Source: an uncultured delta proteobacterium
GTDB taxonomy: Bacteria > Myxococcota_A > Polyangia > Polyangiales > B10-G4
Direction of reading: 5' to 3'
Assembly: GCA_963727445.1 (NCBI GenBank)
Contig: CAVSGI010000001.1
Location: 396-64,395, forward strand
DNA: 64,000 nt
Both the position numbers and the translations under genes were made by a program. The notes beneath the pieces were generated by a model. The model saw nothing but the letters and a program-made list of their open reading frames with translations, searched no databases and was not told the DNA's origin. The stretch's first letter is position 1; each line of letters starts with the position of its first letter. Shown here in pieces: positions 26,384 through 34,598 of the stretch.

Positions 26384-27394
26384 GTGAGAGCGTGGAAAAT
26401 CGAAGGGAGCTTCGGCGTCGAGAACCTGAAGCTTCACGAGGAAGAAGACGAGGCGCCGCAGCACGGGCAGGTGCGCCTGTCGATGCGCGCCTGGTCGCTG
26501 AACTATCGCGACCTCCTGATGGTCCGGGGCGAGTACGACCCGCGCCTTCCGCTGCCGCACGTGCCCCTCTCCGACGGCGTCGGCGTGGTGGAGGCGGTGG
26601 GCTCGGGCGTGAGCCGGGTGGCCGAGGGCGACCGGGTGCTGCCGATCTTCGCGCAGAAGTGGTTCAGCGGCACGCCCACCAAGCGTGAGCTCATGTCGGC
26701 GCTCGGCGGCTCCATCCCCGGCACGCTCCGCGAATCCATGATCGTCTCCGAGGAGGCGGTGGTGAAGGCGCCCGCGCACCTGAGCGACGCCGAAGCGGCG
26801 ACGCTGCCCTGCGCGGCGCTCACCGCGTGGAGCGCGCTGGTCGAACAGGGCGAGCTCAAGGCTGGCGAGACGGTGCTCATTCAGGGCACGGGCGGGGTCA
26901 GCATCTTCGCGCTCCAGATCGCGAAGATGTGCGGCGCGCGCACCATCGTCACCTCGAGCAGCGAGGAGAAACGCCAGAAGGCGAAGGCGCTGGGCGCGGA
27001 CGAGACGATCGATTACCGCGCCGACCAGAGCTGGGGACGCACCGCCAAGGCGATGAGCGGCGGCGAAGGCGTCGACCACGTGATCGAGGTGGGCGGCGCG
27101 CGAACCATCGAGCAGTCCGTGCGCGCCGTGAAGCCGGGCGGCCAGATCTCCGTCATCGGCAACCTCTCCGGCAACACCGCCGAGGTGAACCTGGTCTCGA
27201 TCCTGATGCGCAACGTGCGCGTCCAGGGGGTCTTCGTCGGCCACCGCGATGGCCTCACCCGCATGTGCCGCGCCTTCTCTCAGCACACCCTTCGGCCGGT
27301 CGTGGACCGCACCTTCCCCTTCGAGCAAGCGCCCGCCGCATTCGAGCACCTGGCGAGCGCCGCCCACTTCGGCAAGATCGCCATCGCGCGTTGA
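26384..27394 (+). CDS. Medium-chain (zinc-type) alcohol dehydrogenase / NADPH:quinone oxidoreductase family protein
   Basis: MRAWKIEG..VRLSMRAWSLNYRDLLMVRG..PLSDGVGVVEAVGSGV..GDRV..; Rossmann motif VLIQGTGGVSIFALQIAK; 336 aa. Confidence 0.92.
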   Translation: MRAWKIEGSFGVENLKLHEEEDEAPQHGQVRLSMRAWSLNYRDLLMVRGEYDPRLPLPHVPLSDGVGVVEAVGSGVSRVAEGDRVLPIFAQKWFSGTPTKRELMSALGGSIPGTLRESMIVSEEAVVKAPAHLSDAEAATLPCAALTAWSALVEQGELKAGETVLIQGTGGVSIFALQIAKMCGARTIVTSSSEEKRQKAKALGADETIDYRADQSWGRTAKAMSGGEGVDHVIEVGGARTIEQSVRAVKPGGQISVIGNLSGNTAEVNLVSILMRNVRVQGVFVGHRDGLTRMCRAFSQHTLRPVVDRTFPFEQAPAAFEHLASAAHFGKIAIAR

Positions 27395-27433
27395 TCGAGG
27401 TGGTGGGACGGTCGTAGGCTCCCGCTCCTGAGC

Positions 27434-29293
27434 ATGAGCGTTCGGGACCCCTTCGCAGAGGACGCCAAGGCGCTCCACATCGAGATCGACGCGATCCTGG
27501 CGAAGGACCTCGACGACCTCGCCCTCCGAGACGCGCTCGAGGCGCTCGAAGAGCGCAAGGCGATCCACCTCGTCTACTACCGGCTGATCCGCTCGCTGCT
27601 CGAAAAGAACCCGGTGGTCTTCGGGCCCCTCGTCCGACCGCGCCTCGACTCCTGGGGCTACGACCGCAATGGGAAGTGGCATCACCCCTGGACCAACGAC
27701 GAGGGCAAGCGCGATCTCGCCTTCATCCTGAAGCTCGCCGAGGAGCGCGGGGATGACGCGCTCTTCAAGCGCGCGATGCTCGTCTATCTCGATCGCGCCA
27801 AGTGGAAAGACCGTAACGCGCTCTTTCAGAAGGAGCTCCTCGCCCGCCTCGAGGGAGCCGCCGAGCCTCACGAGCGCGCTTCCGTCTTGTCGCGCTTCGA
27901 CCGGCTGGGCGTCCTCGACGACGACACGGCCCTCACCATCTACGCGGCGGCGCCCCTCGCCGGCCGGTCCTTCATCAGCCGTCACCTCCCGTGGCGGCCC
28001 TGGGGCACGGACGACGTCGATTTGTTGCCGAAGCTCCTCGAGGAGACGCGCGATCGCGATCCCGACTTCTACTTCGAGCTCTACCGCCGCCTCGCGGGGG
28101 ATGCGACCTGGGCAAGGGACGTGGACGTCGTGCTCCGCGAGGCGAGCGACGACGCGCTCGCGGCGGAGCTCGAGAAGCTCCACCCGCAGCGCTACGTGAA
28201 GAACGCGGCGAAGGTCTTCGCCAAGGCGCTCAAGGAGCGCGACGACGCGGCGCTGCCCTACGTGAGCCGCCACGTGGACGCGGTCGTGCGGGGCTTCTTC
28301 GGCCGGGGCGAGTACGGGGATCTCCTGCGCATCGCCTATGACCGCGGCTACGACACGCTCTGGGCGGGGCTCCTGCGCCACGCCGCGCCGCCGAAGGACT
28401 GGAACGCCGAGGTCCGGCGGCTCGCAGAGGTCCGTCGTGACGGCGGCGATGCGCGACGGCGCCTGCTCCTCCTCGCCGGCGCCGGCCGCGAGCTCAGCCT
28501 GCCGGGCCTGGGCCTCGCGCGGTTGCAGCCCCTCGAGGACGACACGGCGGTGCTGCTCTTCGAGCGATATCCCGAGCTGCTCCGCGGGCCCTTCAAGCGC
28601 AACATCTTCGGGGGCTGGCACCAGCCCTACACGAAGCTCGTCGCGCGCGTCCTCGCGGAGGGGGACGAGCTCCTGATCGACTTCCTCGCGAGTCGCTTCG
28701 TCACCCGCGGCGGTCCCTACATGAACGAGAAGGTGCTGGCCTCCGCGGCGACGCTGTCGAAGCACTACGAAGCGCTCCGCGGCGACCCGGTCGCCTTCGC
28801 CGAGCGCGCGGCGAACGTCCTCGGCCAGGTGCCGCCCTTCGTGATCTACGCCTACGAGCTTCTGCTCGAGACGAACCGCCTGGCGCGGCTCCTCTACGAG
28901 CACGCGGCCCGGGACTATCTCGCGAGCCCCGTCGCGATCCGCGATCTTCTCGAGGCGCCCGAGATCCACGCGCAGCGCCTCGCGTTCCTCGCCCTCTCGC
29001 TCGACGACGAACGCGCCCGTACCCTCGGCGCGGCGAATCTCGATCTCCTCGCCGCGACGCTCCTGCGCCCACTCCACCGGCGGACCCGGCTCCTCGCCAT
29101 GGACGCGCTCGACAACGCCGCGCGCGATGAGGCGACGGCCGCGCGCGTTCTTCACACCGCGCGCGAGGCGATGTTCCTCCCCGACGTGCGTTACCCGAAG
29201 GAGGAGCTGGTCGGGCTCCTCGGGCGCATCCTCCATCGGCACGCGAGCCTCCGCAGCGAACGCGAGCGGCCGGTCGTCTACGGGAGGGCGTGA
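27434..29293 (+). CDS. Retron-associated large alpha-helical repeat protein (candidate ARM-like accessory protein)
   Basis: Intact 619-aa ORF. Leu/Ala/Arg/Asp-rich helical periodicity throughout, with no signal peptide or catalytic motif recognised. The stop overlaps the next start (ATGA at 29290). Confidence 0.7.
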   Translation: MSVRDPFAEDAKALHIEIDAILAKDLDDLALRDALEALEERKAIHLVYYRLIRSLLEKNPVVFGPLVRPRLDSWGYDRNGKWHHPWTNDEGKRDLAFILKLAEERGDDALFKRAMLVYLDRAKWKDRNALFQKELLARLEGAAEPHERASVLSRFDRLGVLDDDTALTIYAAAPLAGRSFISRHLPWRPWGTDDVDLLPKLLEETRDRDPDFYFELYRRLAGDATWARDVDVVLREASDDALAAELEKLHPQRYVKNAAKVFAKALKERDDAALPYVSRHVDAVVRGFFGRGEYGDLLRIAYDRGYDTLWAGLLRHAAPPKDWNAEVRRLAEVRRDGGDARRRLLLLAGAGRELSLPGLGLARLQPLEDDTAVLLFERYPELLRGPFKRNIFGGWHQPYTKLVARVLAEGDELLIDFLASRFVTRGGPYMNEKVLASAATLSKHYEALRGDPVAFAERAANVLGQVPPFVIYAYELLLETNRLARLLYEHAARDYLASPVAIRDLLEAPEIHAQRLAFLALSLDDERARTLGAANLDLLAATLLRPLHRRTRLLAMDALDNAARDEATAARVLHTAREAMFLPDVRYPKEELVGLLGRILHRHASLRSERERPVVYGRA

Positions 29294-30876
29294 TGTTCGT
29301 CGCCGTCGACTACGCGAGCCCCAGCGCTCTGGTCAGCACCCGCAAAGACAGCGCCCTCGATCTGCGGAGCGACGGCACCCGACCTGTGCGCCTGCACGCG
29401 CGCATCGAAGAGCCCTACGTGCTGCCGGTGCGCCTGGCGCTACGCGCGCTCGGCGAGGTGGTCTGGTCGGACGATCGCTGGGTGGACGACATGTGGTACG
29501 GGTTCATCCTCGACCCGGTCGTCACCGTCCACGACGACCGCGTCTTCTTCGAGGCGTTCAGCCAGGACCAGAGCGCCTACGGGTTGGTGATCCTCGATCG
29601 CGCCGTGCTCGAGACCGAGGGCGAGGTGGTCATCGGCACCACCAACGTGGACTTCACCGCCTGGCTCTGGGCCGCGCTCGGCGAGATGCGGAGCAGCCGA
29701 ACGACCTGGCTGCGCGTGGGGCCGGAGGGGGTCGAGGTGCGCACCAGCGGCGGCGGCAGCCGCTTCGAGCCCAAGGTGGAGATCCCCGACCACTGGGTGC
29801 GCGGCTTTCTCCAGATGCAGGCGGCGGCGGCGATGCCGGGCACGCGCCTCGTGTTGAAGCCGGTGGACCTGCTCTCCGCGATCCGCTACCTCCGCTACAC
29901 CAAGGCCAAGGTGAGCCCCCGCGCCCTGCGCTACGAGATGCCTCCCGGCGAGGACGCGCGGTTGGTGATCGAGCCCTTCGAGCACGTGGTGCCGCTGCGC
30001 GGAGCGGACCACGGCCGTGAAGAGGAGCGCGTGATCCGCACCTGGGGCCGGCGCCGGCTCCGCCTCCTCGAGCCGCTGCTCCCCTACGCGGACGAGGTGC
30101 GCGTCTACCTCAAGGGTCGCGCGCTGCCGAGCTTCTACGCCGCCCAGCTGCCCGGGGTGACCTTCGTCCTCGGCCTCACCGGCTGGACCGCGAACAGCTT
30201 CACCCGGAGCGGGGGGCACGATCTGGCCACGGGCATCGAAGATGCGGACGAGCGGCTGGTGAACGCCGCGATCGAGGCGCTGCGCGCGCGGCAGGCGGCG
30301 ACGGCGGAAGAGATCGCGCGCGCCATCTCGGCGCCGCTGCCCGAGGTGGACCGCGCGCTCGCGCGCCTCTGCCGGCGCGGCCGGGCCATCTTCGACGTCG
30401 AGGCGCGCGCCTATCGCCATCGGGAGCTCTTCGCCGAGCCGCTGGATCTGAAACGGGAAGCGGAGCTCTTCCCGCCGGACCGGCGACGCGCCGAAGCGCG
30501 CAAGCTCCTCGACAGCGGGGCGGTCGAAGTCGAGTCGGTCGCCGTGGAGCAGACCAGGAAGGTCCGAAAGCTGAAGACGCCCGAGGGTCGGGTGACCCGC
30601 GAGGTGGTGCACCGCGACCATCGGGTGCGCGGGAAGATGCCCGGCGTGACCCGCACCGAGATCGTCGTCGCCGAGAGCGGCCGCGTGATCTTCGGCACCT
30701 GCAGCTGCCCCTTCTTCGCGGACAACCTCCTGAACCGTGGACCCTGCGAGCACATGGTGGCGCTCCTCGAGGCGAGCGCGAAGGAGCGCAAGGACGCGCC
30801 GACCTCCACTGAGGCGTCGGGCGACGCGAGCCAGCCAGCGCCGCCGCGACACGACAACCACGGAGAGGACGCATGA
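29290..30876 (+). CDS. Retron-associated SWIM zinc-finger protein
   Basis: 528 aa. The C-terminal CSCPFFADNLLNRGPCEHMVAL fits the SWIM CxCx(n)CxH signature. It ends 25 nt before the msr/msd inverted repeat. Confidence 0.85.
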   Translation: MMFVAVDYASPSALVSTRKDSALDLRSDGTRPVRLHARIEEPYVLPVRLALRALGEVVWSDDRWVDDMWYGFILDPVVTVHDDRVFFEAFSQDQSAYGLVILDRAVLETEGEVVIGTTNVDFTAWLWAALGEMRSSRTTWLRVGPEGVEVRTSGGGSRFEPKVEIPDHWVRGFLQMQAAAAMPGTRLVLKPVDLLSAIRYLRYTKAKVSPRALRYEMPPGEDARLVIEPFEHVVPLRGADHGREEERVIRTWGRRRLRLLEPLLPYADEVRVYLKGRALPSFYAAQLPGVTFVLGLTGWTANSFTRSGGHDLATGIEDADERLVNAAIEALRARQAATAEEIARAISAPLPEVDRALARLCRRGRAIFDVEARAYRHRELFAEPLDLKREAELFPPDRRRAEARKLLDSGAVEVESVAVEQTRKVRKLKTPEGRVTREVVHRDHRVRGKMPGVTRTEIVVAESGRVIFGTCSCPFFADNLLNRGPCEHMVALLEASAKERKDAPTSTEASGDASQPAPPRHDNHGEDA

Positions 30877-30901
30877 GCGTCCTGTCGATAGAGATGATCA
30901 C

Positions 30902-31057
30902 GACCGGTGAGGAGCTCGAAGCGAGATCAGCCTTCTGCGCGGTGTTTCGCCGTGCTGGCGTATTGAGCTCATCACATCGCCGCGGTCCCAGCGCACGAAA
31001 CGCCGGGAGCCACGGGTCCAGGGCCCCGAGAGTGGTCCTTCGGGTTCCTCACCGGTC
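30902..31057 (+). ncRNA. msr-msd: Retron msr-msd non-coding RNA (template/primer for msDNA)
   Basis: A 20-bp inverted repeat (30902-30921 / 31038-31057) closes a 116-nt structured region 22 nt upstream of a retron RT. Both DNA mismatches become G.U pairs only in the + strand transcript. AAGCGAGA follows the 5' arm. Internal hairpins lie at 30937-30955 and 30980-31015. Confidence 0.7.
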
Positions 31058-31078
31058 ACCTTCTCGTCGGGCGGGCGC

Positions 31079-32359
31079 ATGAGCCTCCTCAGGCGCTTCC
31101 TCTCCTTCTTGTGGCGCCTCTTCTTCGCCTCGAAGAAGCTCGAGCGGCGCACGACGCGCCACGGCCAGGGCGACCTCGATCAGACCCACGAGGAGGTCGA
31201 TCTCTCGGGCGGTCCGCTCAAGCCCGCGCATCGACGCAGGGCGCTCCACGACCCGCGTCTTCTTCCAAAGCCCGCGCGAAAGAACCCCTGGGAGAAGCCG
31301 CCGAAGGTGATGGACGCCGACGAGGCCGGCCGCCTCTTCGCGCCGACGATGCGCACCAAGAGCCGGCGGCTGCGCACCCTCGTCGCCGACGAGGAGCAGC
31401 TCGCGCGTCACGACCTCCCCGCCTGGAAGAGCGAGGCCGAGGTCGCAGCGGCCCTCGGCGTGACCCGCGGCGAGCTGCGTCATTTCAGCATTCATCGCCA
31501 GCGTGAGCGCACCCCCCACTACGTGACCTTCGCCGTGCCCAAGCGGAGCGGAGGCGAGCGATTGATCTGCGCGCCGAAGGCGCAGCTCAAGGCCTTGCAG
31601 CGAACGCTCCTGAAGGAGCTCATCGAACACCTTCCCGTTCACGACGCGGCCCACGGCTTCCGCAAGGGCCGCTCGGTGCGCACCGCCGCCGAGGCGCACG
31701 TCGGCCGCGCGGTCGTCGTGCGCATGGACCTGCGCGACTTCTTCGGAACAGTCACCTTCGTGCGCGTGCGCGGTTACCTGGTGGCGATGGGTTATGGCTA
31801 CGAGGTCGCCACCATCCTCGCGGTGCTGATGACGGAGGCGCCACGCCAGCCGGTGGCCGTGGGAGACGACGTCTTCCACGTCCCCGTCGGCCCGCGGAGC
31901 GCGGTGCAAGGTGCGCCCACCAGCCCCGCGATCTGCAACGCGATCGTCCACAAGCTCGACGCGCGCCTCTCGGGCCTCGCCGCCGCGCTCGGGTTTCGGT
32001 ACACCCGCTACGCGGACGACCTCACCTTCTCCAGCGACGATCCCGAACGGGTCGGCCGGTTGATGCACGCCGTGCGGGAGATCGTGCGAGACGAGGGCTT
32101 CGCGCTCAACCGCGACAAGACGCGGGTCATGCGCAAGGGCGGCCACCAGACGGTCTGTGGCGTCACCGTCAACGAGACGCTCGGGCTCAGCCGAAAGACG
32201 CGCAAGAAGCTGCGCGCGATGATCCATGCGGAGAAGCAGAGTCGTGACCGTGGCGAGGCCGACGCCTCGCGCACGGCGATGATCGAGGGCTGGCTCGCCT
32301 ATCTGTCGATGCTCAATGAAGAGCAGGCCGAGGCGCTCCGCGTGCGCTGGGTCAGCTGA
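31079..32359 (+). CDS. ret: Retron-type reverse transcriptase
   Basis: YVTFAVPKRSGGERLICAPKAQLKALQRTLL (RT1-2), AHGFRKGRS, RMDLRDFFG, LPQ-type block VQGAPTSPAICNAIVHKLD (retron NAxxH), FRYTRYADDLTFS (YADD), VCGVTVN (retron VTG-like block). There is a roughly 110-aa N-terminal extension. 426 aa. Confidence 0.93.
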   Translation: MSLLRRFLSFLWRLFFASKKLERRTTRHGQGDLDQTHEEVDLSGGPLKPAHRRRALHDPRLLPKPARKNPWEKPPKVMDADEAGRLFAPTMRTKSRRLRTLVADEEQLARHDLPAWKSEAEVAAALGVTRGELRHFSIHRQRERTPHYVTFAVPKRSGGERLICAPKAQLKALQRTLLKELIEHLPVHDAAHGFRKGRSVRTAAEAHVGRAVVVRMDLRDFFGTVTFVRVRGYLVAMGYGYEVATILAVLMTEAPRQPVAVGDDVFHVPVGPRSAVQGAPTSPAICNAIVHKLDARLSGLAAALGFRYTRYADDLTFSSDDPERVGRLMHAVREIVRDEGFALNRDKTRVMRKGGHQTVCGVTVNETLGLSRKTRKKLRAMIHAEKQSRDRGEADASRTAMIEGWLAYLSMLNEEQAEALRVRWVS

Positions 32360-33167
32360 GCTCGTCGTTCAACAGGTCGAGTCGGGCGAGGCCCGGCTTC
32401 AGCTGCTCGCGCCAGCACCGCTCGAAAACCAGCACCTGACGCACGGGCGAGAAGAGCCCGAGGGCGGCGCGCGCCGGCTCGGGGTGGGCGTCGAGGGTGC
32501 GCGCGTCCTCGCCCACCTCGCGAAGGATCCGCGCGGCCTGCTCGCGATGCGGCGCGACGGTGGTCGCCACCAGATGACGCCAACTCGTGAGCGTCGAGGG
32601 ACGAAAGCGCTTCAGCGACTCCTCGACGTAGGCCCAACCGAATCGCTGGTGGCCCTCTTCGTCGGCGACGGTCGCGTCCAGCACCCGGCGCACCGCACCA
32701 TCGGGACAGCGCTCGCGCAGGTCCTCCACGAACGCCACCGAGATGGTCTCGTTGATGAGGAGCATCGAGATCGCCGTGGTGAGCGCGCGCTCGGGCATGG
32801 GCGCGCGGAGGTAGCGCTCGGGATCGCGCAGCTCGACGGGGTCCGGAAGCATCGGCGTCGCCCCGAGGGCCTCGCAGAGCGCCGCGCAGAGCGCCGTGTG
32901 CCGGATCTCGTCCACCACCAGGTCCGCCGCGCCCGCGTAGACCTCCAGAGGATCGCCCGCGCCGACGACCTCGGAGGCGAAGCGCGTCATGATCTGGATG
33001 GAGCGGAACTCGGTGCGCACCCGCTGCTGCCAGGTTCGGCGCGCCTCCTCGAGGAGCGACGGATCGTGCGCCTGCGGATCGAAATCCGACAGGTCGACGC
33101 CATCCCCCAGCACCTCGGCTGAGAGCGCCGCGAAGGGTGGTCCAGCGCGCATGAGCGGACGGGCCAT
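32352..33167 (-). CDS. Ferritin-like (di-iron carboxylate type) domain protein
   Basis: Two ExxH motifs in helical context (LVVDEIRHTA, VADEEGHQRFGW) plus LINETISVAFVEDL. 271 aa. The 3' end overlaps the RT 3' end by 8 nt (convergent). Confidence 0.6.
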   Translation of the reverse strand: MARPLMRAGPPFAALSAEVLGDGVDLSDFDPQAHDPSLLEEARRTWQQRVRTEFRSIQIMTRFASEVVGAGDPLEVYAGAADLVVDEIRHTALCAALCEALGATPMLPDPVELRDPERYLRAPMPERALTTAISMLLINETISVAFVEDLRERCPDGAVRRVLDATVADEEGHQRFGWAYVEESLKRFRPSTLTSWRHLVATTVAPHREQAARILREVGEDARTLDAHPEPARAALGLFSPVRQVLVFERCWREQLKPGLARLDLLNDELS

Positions 33168-33171
33168 GCGA

Positions 33172-33675
33172 TCAGCCCGCGTCTGACATCATCGCCGCGT
33201 CCGCCTCCACCGAACCGTCCCCGGAGGGACCGACGTCGGACGCATCGGACATCCCCGCATCGGACGGGGCCGCGTCGGAACCCGCATCGCCGCCCGGGCA
33301 GGAGACGGCGGGGCCATCGAGGCAGGTCCCGTCGCCGCAGTCGGTGTACAGGCCGTAGTTGCAGATGGTGTCCGGCGGGCAGTAGCAGGTGTCGATCATC
33401 CCGGCGCTACAGCATGGCTCCCACGTGCCGCCGTCCCCGCCTCCGTCGACGGTCGCGTCCCCGCTCGGATGCGAGTCGCCGCACCCCGTGAACAAGAGTG
33501 CGCTCCCCGAAAGGATCAGCGACAAGAGCAGCGGCCAGGCGCTGCCCGCCACGCACCCGGCACCGAAGAAGACCAGCGCGAAGACAAGAAGGGCGAAGGG
33601 GAGACGGGAGGCGTGGCGAACCATGTCGGACACCGGAGCAACGATCGTACCGTATCCGGGCTGCGGAATTGCCAC
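33172..33675 (-). CDS. Small membrane-anchored Cys-rich protein
   Basis: Two hydrophobic spans (LPFALLVFALVFFGAGC, WPLLLSLILSGSALLF) and the Cys cluster WEPCCSAGMIDTCYCPPDTICNYGLYTDCGDGTC. An alternative start is the ATG at 33624. It ends 4 nt before the ferritin-like gene. Confidence 0.5.
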   Translation of the reverse strand: MAIPQPGYGTIVAPVSDMVRHASRLPFALLVFALVFFGAGCVAGSAWPLLLSLILSGSALLFTGCGDSHPSGDATVDGGGDGGTWEPCCSAGMIDTCYCPPDTICNYGLYTDCGDGTCLDGPAVSCPGGDAGSDAAPSDAGMSDASDVGPSGDGSVEADAAMMSDAG

Positions 33676-33714
33676 GAAAGCGCCCGGTCGGTGTGCCGAG
33701 GCGTGCCGCGGGCT

Positions 33715-34566
33715 TCAGCTGCGACCGGTGACCTGGTGGGCCACGCGCCCGACGAAGAAGGGACCCATCTGAACGATGTAGGTCGAGGTCTGCTTCGTCT
33801 TCCGCATGGTCTGGACCACGTGGGAGAGGCGGTGGAGGTTGTCGCCGATGAGGCCGATGACGAACTCGTTGTCGCCCTGGTCGAGGCCGTGACAGGCGAG
33901 CCGGATGTCGTGGGCCAGGTCCTTGGCCCCATAAGCGCGGCCGATGATGGCGTGCTCCTTGAGGATCTTGCCCTGCTCGCGAGCGTCGAGCTTCTCGAAC
34001 TCACCGCTGCGTCGAAGCGGATACCAGACGTGCCACGGCCACTTGTCGTTGAGGGCGGTCTCCTGCGGACGCTCGAGGATCCAGTACTCGAGGTCCGGCT
34101 CGTAACCGCTCGAATACGTGCGACCGAACATCGTGTAGGACGGCCGAAGCGTGAGCTGCGCGAGGCGCGTGTCCCGGAAGATCGGCCGGATGGTGGTGAC
34201 GAAGTGGTCGGGGTTCTCGCTCCAGGTGAGCAGACCGATGGCGCGCGGATCGTTGACGTCCTCGTAGACCACCCCGGCGGCGCCGGCTTCCTCGAGCGCG
34301 GAAGCGATCGTCTTTGCAGCGTCCTCGGGATCGGCGCCGGGCGCGCAATCGAAGATCAGGAGCTGCATGAAGAGGCGCCGGTCCATCACCTGGCGCTTGC
34401 CGTCCTTCTCACCGCCGTACTCGTTGATGTCCACCTTCATCAGGTCGGTGGCGCCGCCGCTCTTCGGCGACTCGGTGCGAACCGGCGCAGACGGCTGGGC
34501 GGCGGCTGGGCCTCCGACGCCGGCGGGCGGACGCTCCGAGGGATTGAACTCGCTCCTGTTGCTCAT
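33715..34566 (-). CDS. Chlorite dismutase (Cld/HemQ) family protein
   Basis: The in-frame ATG at 34566 gives MSNRSEFNPS... WHVWYPLRRSGEFEKLDAREQGKILKEHAIIGRAYG, DIRLACHGLD..DNEFVIGLIG and LSHVVQTMRKT match the Cld-family C-terminal core. The track ORF upstream of 34566 is Arg-rich junk. Confidence 0.75.
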   Translation of the reverse strand: MSNRSEFNPSERPPAGVGGPAAAQPSAPVRTESPKSGGATDLMKVDINEYGGEKDGKRQVMDRRLFMQLLIFDCAPGADPEDAAKTIASALEEAGAAGVVYEDVNDPRAIGLLTWSENPDHFVTTIRPIFRDTRLAQLTLRPSYTMFGRTYSSGYEPDLEYWILERPQETALNDKWPWHVWYPLRRSGEFEKLDAREQGKILKEHAIIGRAYGAKDLAHDIRLACHGLDQGDNEFVIGLIGDNLHRLSHVVQTMRKTKQTSTYIVQMGPFFVGRVAHQVTGRS

Positions 34567-34598
34567 GCGCCGGAGCTTACCCCACATCTTCGCTGCTG

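Noticed and set aside
25733-29242. 1169-aa ORF on the - strand
   Set aside because: It is antisense to four consecutive + strand genes, including the recognisable MDR oxidoreductase. It has wrong-frame Arg/Glu/Ala-rich composition and no domains.
30866-30883. Hairpin AGGACGC-atga-GCGTCCT spanning the SWIM gene stop codon, considered as a terminator
   Set aside because: The stem is only 7 bp and has no downstream U-tract. A terminator here would cut off the msr/msd and RT genes. It may still matter for retron transcript processing, but I cannot support that.
31079-32359. The RT as a group II intron maturase, a DGR RT or an Abi-type RT
   Set aside because: It has no maturase X/En domains and no intron RNA domain V/VI-like structure nearby. 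I saw no template/variable repeat pair. The NAxxH and VTG-like retron motifs, plus an upstream stem-closed ncRNA, fit a retron.
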